Of a stretch of 64,000 bases of DNA, positions 50,918 to 61,196 are shown piece by piece. A model generated the notes under the pieces. The model was given only the letters and a program-made list of their open reading frames with translations, searched no databases and was not told the origin of the DNA. The stretch lies in NCBI GenBank assembly GCA_902561155.1, contig CACEOY010000005.1, forward strand, positions 12,485 to 76,484. Direction: 5' to 3'. Origin of the DNA: an uncultured Pelagibacteraceae bacterium (lineage in GTDB: Bacteria; Pseudomonadota; Alphaproteobacteria; Pelagibacterales; Pelagibacteraceae). Every line of letters begins with the position of its first letter. Position 1 is the stretch's first letter. The translations under genes and the position numbers were made by a program.

Positions 50918-51442
50918 ATGACAAAAAAACAAATAATAACAATACCAGACCCATTACTTAGAAAAGTTTCTGTACCAGTTACTTCGGTAGATACTGAAGT
51001 AAAAAACTTAATGGATGACATGTTAGAGACTATGTACGCAGCTCCAGGAATTGGACTTGCGGCAGTTCAAGTTGGTGTTTTAAAAAGAATTATTGTAATT
51101 GACCTGTCAAAAGAGGGTGAGAAAAAAGACCCTTTATTTATTGTTAACCCTCAAATTACTTTCAAATCAGATGAACTAATTTCATACGAGGAAGGGTGTT
51201 TATCAATACCAAATCAGTTCGCTGAAGTTAAAAGACCCAGCTCATGCAAAGTGAATTTCTTGGATTATGATGGTAAAAAAAGGGAAATCAATGCTGATGG
51301 GCTTTTAGCTACTTGTATTCAGCACGAAGTTGACCATCTGAACGGAGTATTGTTTATAGATCACTTATCAAAACTAAAAAAAGATTTAATTTTAAAAAAA
51401 ACCAAAAAACAAATAAAAGAAATTGATAGGGTAATAGTTTAA
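50918..51442 (+). CDS. def: Peptide deformylase
   Basis: GIGLAAVQ, EGCLS, QHEVDH. Confidence 0.96.
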   Translation: MTKKQIITIPDPLLRKVSVPVTSVDTEVKNLMDDMLETMYAAPGIGLAAVQVGVLKRIIVIDLSKEGEKKDPLFIVNPQITFKSDELISYEEGCLSIPNQFAEVKRPSSCKVNFLDYDGKKREINADGLLATCIQHEVDHLNGVLFIDHLSKLKKDLILKKTKKQIKEIDRVIV

Positions 51443-51455
51443 CTTCAAAAATCAA

Positions 51456-52373
51456 ATGTCATTGAAAATTGTTTTTATGGGAACTCCTGAGTTCTCTATA
51501 CCAACCTTAAAAGTTTTAAAACAATCTAAACATAAAATTGTTTGTGTTTATACTCAACCACCTAAAAAAAAATCTAGGGGTCAAAAAACACTTAAAACCG
51601 CTGTCCATGTTTTCTCTGAAAATGAGGGAATAAAGGTAAATACGAATAATTTAAATAGTGAAAATGAATATAAAAACTTTATAAAATTAAATCCAGATCT
51701 TGTTGTAGTTGTTGCTTATGGGCAAATAATTCCCAATATTTATTTAAAAAATCCTAATTTAATTTTTTTAAATTTGCATGCATCTCTACTACCTAAATGG
51801 AGAGGTGCAGCCCCTATAGAAAGAGCTATTTTAAATAAAGATAAAGAAACAGGAATTTCGATAATGAAAATAGAGAAAAAACTTGACGCTGGACCTTTTA
51901 TAAAACAAGTTTCAGTGAAGATTAATAAAGATACAACAAGTGGAGAATTAAGTAAGGAACTATCTGTTTTGGGAGCAGGAGCTTTAAAGGATTCAATCGA
52001 ATTAATTTTTTCGAGTAAAGGAAAATTTAAACAACAAAATGAAAAAAATGCAACGTATGCAAAAAAAATAGATAAACTTGAAACTCGAATAAATTGGAAA
52101 GACAAAGCCGAAAACATTATTGCAAAAATTAATGCATTTAATCCTAAACCAGGTGCCTGGTGCTTGTTAAAAAATGAAAGAATCAAAATTTTAAAAGCTA
52201 AAGAAATAATTCAAAAAGGTGAGGAAGGTAAAGTACTTGACGACAAATTAACCATAGGTTGTAAAGTAAATGCTATTCAAATTTTAAAACTACAGAGAGA
52301 GGGTAAAAGGGAAATGAATGCTATAGAATTTTTAATAGGCAACAATTTAAAGGAAGGCACTAAAATAAATTGA
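51456..52373 (+). CDS. fmt: Methionyl-tRNA formyltransferase
   Basis: IVFMGTPEF, HASLLPKWRGAAPI, LDAGP. Confidence 0.96.
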   Translation: MSLKIVFMGTPEFSIPTLKVLKQSKHKIVCVYTQPPKKKSRGQKTLKTAVHVFSENEGIKVNTNNLNSENEYKNFIKLNPDLVVVVAYGQIIPNIYLKNPNLIFLNLHASLLPKWRGAAPIERAILNKDKETGISIMKIEKKLDAGPFIKQVSVKINKDTTSGELSKELSVLGAGALKDSIELIFSSKGKFKQQNEKNATYAKKIDKLETRINWKDKAENIIAKINAFNPKPGAWCLLKNERIKILKAKEIIQKGEEGKVLDDKLTIGCKVNAIQILKLQREGKREMNAIEFLIGNNLKEGTKIN

Positions 52374-53110
52374 AGTCAAATTATCAAATAATTATAGAAT
52401 ATGACGGTACGTCTTACAACGGTTGGCAATATCAAAAAAATGGTTCTTCAATTCAAAATGAGATAGAGAGAGCTTTAAGAAAAATATTAAAAAAAAATAT
52501 ACGAATTATCGGTTCTGGAAGAACTGATGCCGGTGTTCATGCAGTCGGTCAATCAGCAAACTTTTTTTGTGATAAAATAGAAAATGATAAAAAATTCTTG
52601 AATTCTTTAAACTTTTTTTTAAGTAAAAAAAATATAAGCGTTCATTCCATTAAGAAAAAAAAATTAAATTTCCATTCGAGATTTAATGCAAAAAAAAGAA
52701 CCTATAAATACATAATAGTTAATAGAAAAAATTTTTTAGTATTAGATAATAATAGAGCTTGGTTGGTTAAAAAAAAATTAAATGTCAAAAATATGAAAAA
52801 AGCCATTAAATTATTTTCTGGAACACATAATTTTAATGCTTTTAGATCATCATCTTGTGGCGCAAAATCACCTGTAAGAACTATTGAAAAATCTTCTCTC
52901 ACAAAAAAAGGCGATAAAATTATAATAATTTTTTCATCTAAGTCTTTCCTACAACAACAAGTAAGATCTATGGTGGGATGTTTAAAAGTTATTGGTGAAG
53001 GAAAATGGAATATCGATAAATTAAAAAGATTATTTGATTTAAAAAAAAGATCTCTTTGCGCACCTCCTGCTCCCTCAAGAGGATTATACTTATACAAAGT
53101 TACTTATTAA
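52370..53110 (+). CDS. truA: tRNA pseudouridine(38-40) synthase
   Basis: YDGTSYNGWQ, SGRTDAGVHA, FLQQQVRSMVG, GLYL. Confidence 0.95.
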   Translation: MKSNYQIIIEYDGTSYNGWQYQKNGSSIQNEIERALRKILKKNIRIIGSGRTDAGVHAVGQSANFFCDKIENDKKFLNSLNFFLSKKNISVHSIKKKKLNFHSRFNAKKRTYKYIIVNRKNFLVLDNNRAWLVKKKLNVKNMKKAIKLFSGTHNFNAFRSSSCGAKSPVRTIEKSSLTKKGDKIIIIFSSKSFLQQQVRSMVGCLKVIGEGKWNIDKLKRLFDLKKRSLCAPPAPSRGLYLYKVTY

Positions 53111-53570
53111 CAAATTTCCTCTTCCTCAATTTTTTGATCCTCCATCTTGATTGTGAATTTACAATAAAACCAACACAATTTTTTGCACCACACCTACATG
53201 GAAAATCCTTATAATCTTTATCGAAGCTAAAACCATAGTCATAAGTTAACTCTTCATTTTTTTTGATATCTTTAATAGCATAGATCCATAATTTGAGACC
53301 AACACCATCAACTTCACAATTAGGATCGCAAGAATGATTTATAAGTCTAGCAGTATTGTATTTAAAGTCGCCGTCTAAATCATATTTTTTGTTTAAATTA
53401 AATAAATATATTGCTTTATCGTTATCAAATTTAGGATTGGTTTCCGTTTCTTTAACAGTAATAATTTTTCCTTTGTACTCTATAATTTTAGTATCCTTTT
53501 TTATACTTTTAGCAGCATATAAACCTCTGTTGTCAATCTTAGATTTTTTTACTTTATAAAGTTTTTTCAT
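53100..53570 (-). CDS. SET-domain protein-lysine methyltransferase with post-SET zinc site
   Basis: RGLYA, ARLINHSCDPNC, EELTYDY, post-SET CRCGAKNC. Confidence 0.92.
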   Translation of the reverse strand: MKKLYKVKKSKIDNRGLYAAKSIKKDTKIIEYKGKIITVKETETNPKFDNDKAIYLFNLNKKYDLDGDFKYNTARLINHSCDPNCEVDGVGLKLWIYAIKDIKKNEELTYDYGFSFDKDYKDFPCRCGAKNCVGFIVNSQSRWRIKKLRKRKFVNK

Positions 53571-53572
53571 AA

Positions 53573-54499
53573 TTAAAATTCTATAAGAGCTTTAATATGT
53601 TCTTCTGTACTTTCTGCTAATGCATTTAAATCGTAGCCACCTTCAAGAATAGAAACTATATTTCCTTTACAATAATCTCTTGAAGCTATCAATGTTCTTT
53701 TTGTTATCTCAAAATAATCTTGTGATTTTAAATTAATATTTGAAAGCGGATCATCTTCATGAGCATCAAAGCCAGCAGAAAAAAATATAAATTCTGGTTT
53801 AAATTCATTTAGTTTTTTTAAAACGTGTTCGTAAGCATCAAAATACTCATTAGAGCTGGTGCCTGCGGGTAAAGGTAAATTGAATATATTATTGTGAGAT
53901 CCTTTCTCATGACTTGCCCCAGTTCCAGGAAAATGAGGATACTGATGTGTAGAAATATATAAGACTTTTTCGTTGGAATAAAAAATATTTTGTGTTCCAT
54001 TGCCATGGTGAACATCAAAATCTATTATTGCAACTCTTTGTAATTTGTATTTATCAATTAAATAATTTGTACCAACAGCAACATTATTAAAAATACAAAA
54101 CCCCATAGCTTTATCGTATTCAGCATGATGTCCAGGTGGTCTTACTGCACAAAAGGCATTCTTTAATTTTTTAGTCTTAACAGAGTCGATTGCAGAAATG
54201 ATTGAGGCTACAGCATCATAAGATGCCTCTTTGCTTCCAGGAGAAATTACAGTATCACCATCTAAAAAGATTTGTCCTTTCTTTGGAAAGGCATTTTTTA
54301 CTTCTTTGATATAAAGATTATTATGAGTTTTACTGAGATAAGACTCATCAAACTTTCCTGGCTCACTCCATTGTAGATTAGAGAAATTTCTTTTTTTTAA
54401 TTTTTCTAAAATGGATTGTATTCTATATTTATTTTCTGGGTGTCCATTACCAGTATCATGATTTAATGAACTCTTAGAAGATATAAAGCCTGTCTTCAC
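53573..54499 (-). CDS. Histone deacetylase-family protein (class II-like / acetylpolyamine amidohydrolase-like)
   Basis: GHPE, RPPGHHAE, GFCIFNNVA, DFDVHHGNGTQ, SAGFD, LEGGY. Confidence 0.92.
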   Translation of the reverse strand: MKTGFISSKSSLNHDTGNGHPENKYRIQSILEKLKKRNFSNLQWSEPGKFDESYLSKTHNNLYIKEVKNAFPKKGQIFLDGDTVISPGSKEASYDAVASIISAIDSVKTKKLKNAFCAVRPPGHHAEYDKAMGFCIFNNVAVGTNYLIDKYKLQRVAIIDFDVHHGNGTQNIFYSNEKVLYISTHQYPHFPGTGASHEKGSHNNIFNLPLPAGTSSNEYFDAYEHVLKKLNEFKPEFIFFSAGFDAHEDDPLSNINLKSQDYFEITKRTLIASRDYCKGNIVSILEGGYDLNALAESTEEHIKALIEF

Positions 54500-55653
54500 T
54501 TAAAATACTCAATTAAAAAATTGTAATAAATTTTTTTGAGTTTGCTTAGATCTTTTAAAGAAACACACTCATCAATTTTATGCATAGTTTTGTTTACTAA
54601 TCCAAATTCTAGACATGGAGCAATTTTTTTTATAAATCGCGCATCTGATGTACCTCCAGTAGTAGAAAAAACAGGAGTAACCTTAGTGATTTTCTTAATT
54701 ACTTTTCTGGCTAATAAAATATTTTTGCCAGGCTTTGTTAAAAAAGAGTCTCCATTTTCTAAATAATTAATTTTGTAATTACATTTGTTCTTTTTAGAAA
54801 TTTTTTTTATGATCAGATTTATTTTTCTCTTAAGTTTTGTGGCAGTCTGAAGATTATTGTATCTTACATTAAACTGAGTTTTAGCAGAAGATGGAATAAC
54901 ATTATGTGCTTTATTTTGCACGTAAAGACTTGTAAATTCTAGATTTGAGGGTTGAAAATTTTTGTTTCCTTTATCTAATTTTTTTCTTTTGAGTTCTGAA
55001 CAAATTTTTACTAACGTATTGATAGGATTATTAGATAGATGTGGATATGCAATATGACCCTGAGTTCCAAATATTTCTAGTTCAGCTGTAAGACTACCTC
55101 TACGTCCAATTTTAATCATTTCACCCAATTTTTTTGGATTAGTTGGTTCTCCAACTATACAAAAATTTATTTTTTCTTTTTTCTTTTTTAAATATTCAAC
55201 AACTTTTTTTGTTCCGTTAGTAGCGTATCCCTCTTCATCTCCAGTGATGAGAAAACTTATTGAACCATTGAAATTTTTGTTTTTTTTTATGTATTCACTT
55301 ACAGCAGAAACAAAACAAGCAATCGAACTTTTCATATCATTTGCACCTCTACCAATTAAATACCCTCTTTTAACTTGAGGTTTAAAAGGATTTACTGTCC
55401 AGTCACTGTAATTTCCTGGAGGAACAACATCAGTGTGCCCTGCATAACATAGATTAGGTTGTTTTTTACCCAATCTCGCATAAAGATTTTTAATTGGCTT
55501 ACCTTTTCCTTTTTTAAATTCTAGTATTTTACATTTGAAGCCTAAAGATTTCAATTTTTTACTCATAAATTTAATTGCACCTGCATCGACAGGAGTAATG
55601 CTAGGAAATTTAATTAAATCTTTAGATAAAGTTAGCTCGTTTATTATTTGCAT
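54496..55653 (-). CDS. dapE: Succinyl-diaminopimelate desuccinylase
   Basis: GHTDVVP, GRGANDMK, DEEG, GRRGS, QGHIAYPH, GGTSDARF. Confidence 0.94.
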   Translation of the reverse strand: MQIINELTLSKDLIKFPSITPVDAGAIKFMSKKLKSLGFKCKILEFKKGKGKPIKNLYARLGKKQPNLCYAGHTDVVPPGNYSDWTVNPFKPQVKRGYLIGRGANDMKSSIACFVSAVSEYIKKNKNFNGSISFLITGDEEGYATNGTKKVVEYLKKKKEKINFCIVGEPTNPKKLGEMIKIGRRGSLTAELEIFGTQGHIAYPHLSNNPINTLVKICSELKRKKLDKGNKNFQPSNLEFTSLYVQNKAHNVIPSSAKTQFNVRYNNLQTATKLKRKINLIIKKISKKNKCNYKINYLENGDSFLTKPGKNILLARKVIKKITKVTPVFSTTGGTSDARFIKKIAPCLEFGLVNKTMHKIDECVSLKDLSKLKKIYYNFLIEYFK

Positions 55654-56481
55654 TTAGTCTCTTAATAAATCATTAATTGAAGTTTTACTTCTAGTTTTTT
55701 CATCTACTTTTTTTACAATAACTGCACAATATAAACTTGGTCCATCCGGATTTTTTTTATTTGGCAAACTCCCTGGTACTACAACAGAATATGCTGGCAC
55801 TTTACCGTAAGTTATTTCACCAGTATTCCTATCTACGATTTTGGTTGATGCTCCAATATAAACACCCATAGATATTACAGCTCCTTTTTCAACAAGGACT
55901 CCTTCGGCTAATTCTGATCTAGCACCTATAAAGCAATCATCCTCAATGATAACCGGCCCAGCTTGTAAAGGTTCTAATACTCCTCCAATCCCAGCTCCAC
56001 CTGAAACGTGACAATTTTTTCCTACTTGAGCACAAGACCCGACAGATGCCCAAGTATCTATCATTGTTCCTTCGTCCACGTATGCACCCAAGTTGACAAA
56101 ACATGGCATAAGCACAACATTTTTTGCAATGAAAGAACCTCTTCTTACTACTCCGTTTGGAACGTGTCGATAACCAGCTTTTTTCCAATCATCTTCATTC
56201 CAATTGACTGATTTACCTGGAACTTTATCATACCAAGTTGTGTAAGGACCCTTAGACATTGTCATTTTATTCGTCCTAAAACTTAATAAAATTGCTTTTT
56301 TAACCCATTGATTGACAGACCATTTACCGTTTTTCTTCTCTGCCACTCTAATGGATCCCTTATCAGTTAAATCAATAGTTTTATTGATAGCATCAAGAAT
56401 ATTTTTATCAGAAACATCCGATATATTTTGTCTTTCCTCAAATGCATTATTTATTATTTTTTCAAGCTCATCTACTTTCAT
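55654..56481 (-). CDS. dapD: Tetrahydrodipicolinate N-succinyltransferase
   Basis: [45 protein letters not shown]. Confidence 0.96.
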   Translation of the reverse strand: MKVDELEKIINNAFEERQNISDVSDKNILDAINKTIDLTDKGSIRVAEKKNGKWSVNQWVKKAILLSFRTNKMTMSKGPYTTWYDKVPGKSVNWNEDDWKKAGYRHVPNGVVRRGSFIAKNVVLMPCFVNLGAYVDEGTMIDTWASVGSCAQVGKNCHVSGGAGIGGVLEPLQAGPVIIEDDCFIGARSELAEGVLVEKGAVISMGVYIGASTKIVDRNTGEITYGKVPAYSVVVPGSLPNKKNPDGPSLYCAVIVKKVDEKTRSKTSINDLLRD

Positions 56482-57133
56482 TTATCTCCTTTAAAAATTT
56501 TGATAATTTGTCTGTCTTGTAGTTTATAAAACTTGAGTTTGAAAACTCTGCAGCCCAAGGTTCATCATTTATTATCCATACTGTTTTCATTCCTAATTCG
56601 TGAGCGGGTTTTAAATTTCGCGCAATATCCTCAATAAATATACTATATTGTGGCTCAATTTTGTATTTTTCTATAATTTTTTTATAAGTTTCAATAGATG
56701 GCTTGGGTATAAAGTCTGCACTTACAATGTCGAAAATTTCGTCGAAATGCCTCTCAATTCCAAGTCTTTTTGTAACATTTTTAGCATGTGCTAGTGAACC
56801 GTTAGTAAATATAATCTTTTTACCTTTAATTTTTTCAATTTGCTCATCTAATTGCTTGTCTTCTTTCAAAAAGCTTAAATCTACATCATGAACAAATTCT
56901 AGAAATTCATTTGCATCAATTTTATGATTTTTAATCATGCCATTAAGCGTTGTGTTATATTCCACAAAATAATTTTTTTGAATTTTTCTCGCCTCCTCTT
57001 TGCTGATATTCAATTTAGAAGAAATATAATGGGTCATTTTTTTATCAACTTGCTCAAAAACTTTAGTAGCTCCTGAATACAAAGTATTATCTAAATCAAA
57101 AAGCCAAAATTTTATATTCTTCAATTCTTTCAT
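56468..57133 (-). CDS. Pyrimidine 5'-nucleotidase (HAD family)
   Basis: [24 protein letters not shown]. Confidence 0.88.
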   Translation of the reverse strand: MKELKNIKFWLFDLDNTLYSGATKVFEQVDKKMTHYISSKLNISKEEARKIQKNYFVEYNTTLNGMIKNHKIDANEFLEFVHDVDLSFLKEDKQLDEQIEKIKGKKIIFTNGSLAHAKNVTKRLGIERHFDEIFDIVSADFIPKPSIETYKKIIEKYKIEPQYSIFIEDIARNLKPAHELGMKTVWIINDEPWAAEFSNSSFINYKTDKLSKFLKEINESR

Positions 57134-57999
57134 TTTCTTATTAATGTTCCTGAACCTTTATCTGAAAATATTTCATCTAATATTGAATGAGGTTTTCTTC
57201 CATCAAGTATAACAACACCCCTTACTCCATTTTCTACAGCATCTATACAATTTTTTATTTTAGGAATCATTCCACCTTGTACTATTTTCAATTTTACTAA
57301 ATTTTCAATATCAAACGGCTTGATTTCAGATATCAAAGTTTTTCTGTCGTCATAAACCCCTTCAACATTTGTCATCAGCAAAAGTCTTCTTGATTTAAGC
57401 TTTTTTGCTATTGCGCTAGCCGCAGTATCACCATTTATGTTGTAAGTATTTTTATTTTTATCAACTCCTAAGGGAGCTATAACTGGTATCTTTTTTTCGT
57501 TTAAAATGTTTTTAAGAAATTCTATATTTATATTTTCTGGAATACCTACAAATCCAAGCTCTTTGTTATCAGGTACAATATTAATTATACTATTGATTTT
57601 TGATGTAATCGGTACAGCTTTTGAACCTCTTTTTAACAATGAGTCAACTATGTCTTTATTAAAATCAATTAATACGTCTTCAACTATTGAAATTACTTTT
57701 TCATCAGTAACTCTGAGCCCATTAATAAATTTTGTTTGAATATTTTTCTCTTTTAATTTTCTTTCTATTCTCGGGCCTCCTCCATGCACAACAATTATTG
57801 AAAGCCCTAATTTATTTAAAATACTTACATCTTCAATAAAGTTATTAAAAATATTTCTATCAATTAAAACGTTACCACCATATTTTATCACTATAAGTTC
57901 TTTTTTATACTTATTAATATATTTGGGAACGCTATTAATATTTGGAGCATTCTTAGGCCAAAATTTTTTTATTTCTTCTAAAGTTTTTTCCTTAGACAT
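57130..57999 (-). CDS. argB: Acetylglutamate kinase
   Basis: VIKYGG, VHGGGP, GLRVTD, NINGD, GGMIPK. Confidence 0.94.
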   Translation of the reverse strand: MSKEKTLEEIKKFWPKNAPNINSVPKYINKYKKELIVIKYGGNVLIDRNIFNNFIEDVSILNKLGLSIIVVHGGGPRIERKLKEKNIQTKFINGLRVTDEKVISIVEDVLIDFNKDIVDSLLKRGSKAVPITSKINSIINIVPDNKELGFVGIPENINIEFLKNILNEKKIPVIAPLGVDKNKNTYNINGDTAASAIAKKLKSRRLLLMTNVEGVYDDRKTLISEIKPFDIENLVKLKIVQGGMIPKIKNCIDAVENGVRGVVILDGRKPHSILDEIFSDKGSGTLIRK

Positions 58000-59691
58000 T
58001 TAGTTAGTTTTAACTTTTGTTTTTCTCATAATAACCCACTGCTGAGCTATCGTGAGAATGTTATTAACCGTCCAATAAACAACTAATCCAGATGGGAAGG
58101 GTGCTAAAATTATCGTCAAAAATAAAGGAAAGAATGCAAAAATTTTGGCCTGAATCGGATCAGCTGGTGCAGGATTTAATTTTTGTTGCACGTACATCGA
58201 AAGCCCCATTAATATTGGCCATATACCTATAATCAGAAATCCTGGAGGATCCCAAGGTATTAGTCCAAATAAATTAAAAATTGTAGTTGGATCTTTAGCA
58301 GACAAATCTTGTATCCACCCAAAAAAAGGCTGATGTCTCATCTCTAATGATATAAATAACATTTTATATATAGCGAAGAAAAAAGGTATTTGTATTAAAA
58401 TTGGCAAACATCCAGAGGCTGGATTAATTTTTTCTTTTCTATATAAAGCCATCATTTCTTGCTGCAATTTGACTTTATCCTCTTTATGAAGCTCCTTAAG
58501 CCTTATCATTTCTGGTTGAACAGCCTTCATTTTAGCCATCGATCTAAATGAATAATTTGCAAGCGGAAAGAATATAATTCTAATAGCTAGGGTTATAAGA
58601 ACAATTGCTATTCCAAAATTACCAGAAAGCTTAAATAAATAATCAATTACGAAAAATAGAGGTTTAGTAAAAAAATAAAACCAACCCCAGTCGATTGTTA
58701 AATCAAATTTTTCAATATTTTCACTTTCAGCATACCCGTCTACTGTTTCTACTTCTTTAGCAGCAACAAACAATCTTACCTCGTTATCGGAAGTACTCTT
58801 AGGATTAATCGTTACGGGTGAATTTAATATATAATTTGCTCTAAAATTGTCTTTATAAAGAAATGTAGATTTGAAATTTTTATCTTTTGGAGGAACTATG
58901 GCAGTTACCCAATATTTATCAGTAATTCCTAACCAACCATTATCTGAATTTCTTACAATTTTTTTATCTTTAATATCATCATAATCATCTTCTTTTAATT
59001 CACCATCAAATACTCCAATAAAACCTTCGTGCAAAATATAAAAACCCATAACATCGTCAGGTTTTTTGTTTCTAGTAATTTGAGAATATGGATAAAGATT
59101 TATCTTTGAAGAAGTGTTATTTTTTACCTCTTGCTTAATTTTAAACAAATATTTTTCATCTAATTTTATTGTTTTTTTAAAAACTAAACCTTTTCCGTTA
59201 TTCCATTCTAGTACAACATCATTTTTTTCACTTAATACTCTGTTTCCTTTGACTTGCCAGAGGGAATCTGCTCCAGGAACTTCAACTTCATTTCCAACAC
59301 TTGCCCATCCAGACTCTATGAAATATCCGTCTTCTATATCTTTTGGATTTAGAAGCACAACAGTCTCTTCAGACTTTAAATCTTTTTTATAGTTTTTAAA
59401 TGATAAGTCATCGAATATAGCTCCCTTTAATGAAATGGATCCTTTAACTTTTTCATTCTCAATAATAACTCTATCATTCTCTGTTAAAGCATCTTTTCTG
59501 GAGATTTGTTTTACAACTCTTTCTTGGTTAATATTTGGTGTTATATCACTTTGTGTTTCATCCTGATTAGTTTGAACATTATTAAGTGTTTGATTTTCTT
59601 TAACTTGCCTAGGCGTCTCAAAAAAAGCACCCCAGAAAAGAAGAACGGCCATTGATAAAGCAATTGCTACAAAAACATTCTTATTATCCAT
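58000..59691 (-). CDS. yidC: Membrane protein insertase YidC
   Basis: GWLGITDKYW, DWGWF, NPASGCLPILIQIP, PFFGWIQDLS, GLVVYW. Confidence 0.96.
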   Translation of the reverse strand: MDNKNVFVAIALSMAVLLFWGAFFETPRQVKENQTLNNVQTNQDETQSDITPNINQERVVKQISRKDALTENDRVIIENEKVKGSISLKGAIFDDLSFKNYKKDLKSEETVVLLNPKDIEDGYFIESGWASVGNEVEVPGADSLWQVKGNRVLSEKNDVVLEWNNGKGLVFKKTIKLDEKYLFKIKQEVKNNTSSKINLYPYSQITRNKKPDDVMGFYILHEGFIGVFDGELKEDDYDDIKDKKIVRNSDNGWLGITDKYWVTAIVPPKDKNFKSTFLYKDNFRANYILNSPVTINPKSTSDNEVRLFVAAKEVETVDGYAESENIEKFDLTIDWGWFYFFTKPLFFVIDYLFKLSGNFGIAIVLITLAIRIIFFPLANYSFRSMAKMKAVQPEMIRLKELHKEDKVKLQQEMMALYRKEKINPASGCLPILIQIPFFFAIYKMLFISLEMRHQPFFGWIQDLSAKDPTTIFNLFGLIPWDPPGFLIIGIWPILMGLSMYVQQKLNPAPADPIQAKIFAFFPLFLTIILAPFPSGLVVYWTVNNILTIAQQWVIMRKTKVKTN

Positions 59692-59941
59692 TTTTCATAT
59701 TCCCTTTTTTTGGCACCAAATCTAACCCTGATTTTCCACCTAAAAATTTGATAGGATGACATTTAATAATTCTTTTAAAACTTAAATAGAGCCCATTGAA
59801 GAAACCATGCTCTTTTAAACATTCAATACAGTAATCTGAACATGATGGTAAAAACCTGCATTTATTTCCTAACAGTGGGGAAAAAAAATATTTGTATATA
59901 TTAATAATTAAAATTATAGCTTTTATTAAGATCTTATCCAT
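59684..59941 (-). CDS. yidD: Membrane protein insertion efficiency factor
   Basis: SPLLGNKCRFLPSCSDY, RIIKCHP. Confidence 0.92.
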   Translation of the reverse strand: MDKILIKAIILIINIYKYFFSPLLGNKCRFLPSCSDYCIECLKEHGFFNGLYLSFKRIIKCHPIKFLGGKSGLDLVPKKGNMKNG

Positions 59942-60286
59942 TTAATTTAGTTTTTTAAAACTTTTTTGCATTTCTAAAAATATTTTGTCGTACTTCTCCG
60001 TATAGGATTTTGTTTTACAAATTATTATATAAGTATAATTAGTATTAATTGCACCTTTTATTTTTAAAATTTTCTGAGTCATTGCTTTCAATTTTCGCCT
60101 TATTCTATTTCTTTTTACTGCGTTACCTATTTTCTTCTTGGCTACAAAGCTAATAAGTAAAGTATTTTTTTTAAGCTTTAAAAAATTTTTAGTTGCAAAA
60201 ATTGAGTAAAAATTGGTATGGACTTTCTTACCATTTAAAACAAGCTTGAAATGATCGCTTTTCTTTAAACTTTCAAGCTTTATCAT
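59942..60286 (-). CDS. rnpA: Ribonuclease P protein (start refined to ATG at 60286)
   Basis: KKIGNAVKRNRIRRKL motif; synteny with rpmH and yidD. Confidence 0.92.
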   Translation of the reverse strand: MIKLESLKKSDHFKLVLNGKKVHTNFYSIFATKNFLKLKKNTLLISFVAKKKIGNAVKRNRIRRKLKAMTQKILKIKGAINTNYTYIIICKTKSYTEKYDKIFLEMQKSFKKLN

Positions 60287-60287
60287 T

Positions 60288-60422
60288 TTAGGTTGATATA
60301 GTTTTTCTTCCTTTTGCTCGTCTTCTAGCAATAAGCTTTCTACCACCTTTAGTAGCCATCCTAGATCGAAATCCGTGTCTTCTTTTTCTAACTAATTTAC
60401 TTGGTTGGTAAGTTCTTTTCAT
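60288..60422 (-). CDS. rpmH: 50S ribosomal protein L34 (not in ORF track)
   Basis: [44 protein letters not shown]. Confidence 0.97.
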   Translation of the reverse strand: MKRTYQPSKLVRKRRHGFRSRMATKGGRKLIARRRAKGRKTIST

Positions 60423-60479
60423 AAAATAATTTTAGTTATATATTTAATAATATCACTGATGTACAGTTAAAATTATCTA

Positions 60480-61196
60480 ATGACTAAAAATATTAAAATT
60501 GCAGTAGGCCTTATTTATATTCTTTGTTTAGGTCTAATATTGTATGGATTTTTTATGTTTGTAGATGTTACCCAATTAAATGACTATAAATATATAAAAG
60601 ACAAAACTCAATTTTTGATAGCTTTAAAGGATCAAAACTCGTTCTGGTTTACCATTTTATTTTTTTTATTCTGTATCATTTGGATTCTTTTGTTAGGGTT
60701 CGCAACACCAATTTCATTAATTTCAGGATTTTTATTTGGAAAGTTTTATGGAACTTTAATTTCAGTTTTGGGTTTTACATTTGGATGTACACTTTTGTAT
60801 ATTCTTGCAAACCAATATTTTAAAGACATCATATTAGAAAAACTTTCAAATAAAATATCTAAATTTAAAGATATGTTTAACAGAAATGAATTTTTATATT
60901 TTATGATTTTTAGGTTTGCTGGCGGCGGCGGTACCCCTTTCGCAATACAAAATTTACTACCAGTTATTTTTAATATGAAAATTAAAAACTATTTTTTATC
61001 AACTTTGCTAGGTCTTTTCCCTATGGTGTTTATCTTGTGTGCAATTGGTGAAGGAATTGAAAAAATTATTGAAAACAATATTGACCCAAGCTTTCTAAAT
61101 ATGATTCAAAATAAAGAAATACTTTTTCCTATGCTTGGTTTTTTTGTAATAATTATCTTATCACTAACATTAAGAAAAATTTATTTCAAAAAATGA
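60480..61196 (+). CDS. TVP38/TMEM64 (DedA/VTT) membrane protein
   Basis: Multi-TM; GFLFG...GTL, FRF...PFAIQN, YFLSTLLGLFP. Confidence 0.82.
   Translation: MTKNIKIAVGLIYILCLGLILYGFFMFVDVTQLNDYKYIKDKTQFLIALKDQNSFWFTILFFLFCIIWILLLGFATPISLISGFLFGKFYGTLISVLGFTFGCTLLYILANQYFKDIILEKLSNKISKFKDMFNRNEFLYFMIFRFAGGGGTPFAIQNLLPVIFNMKIKNYFLSTLLGLFPMVFILCAIGEGIEKIIENNIDPSFLNMIQNKEILFPMLGFFVIIILSLTLRKIYFKK

Noticed and set aside
60287-60346. N-terminal extension of RnpA
   Set aside because: Overlaps rpmH in another frame; ATG 60286 is the plausible start
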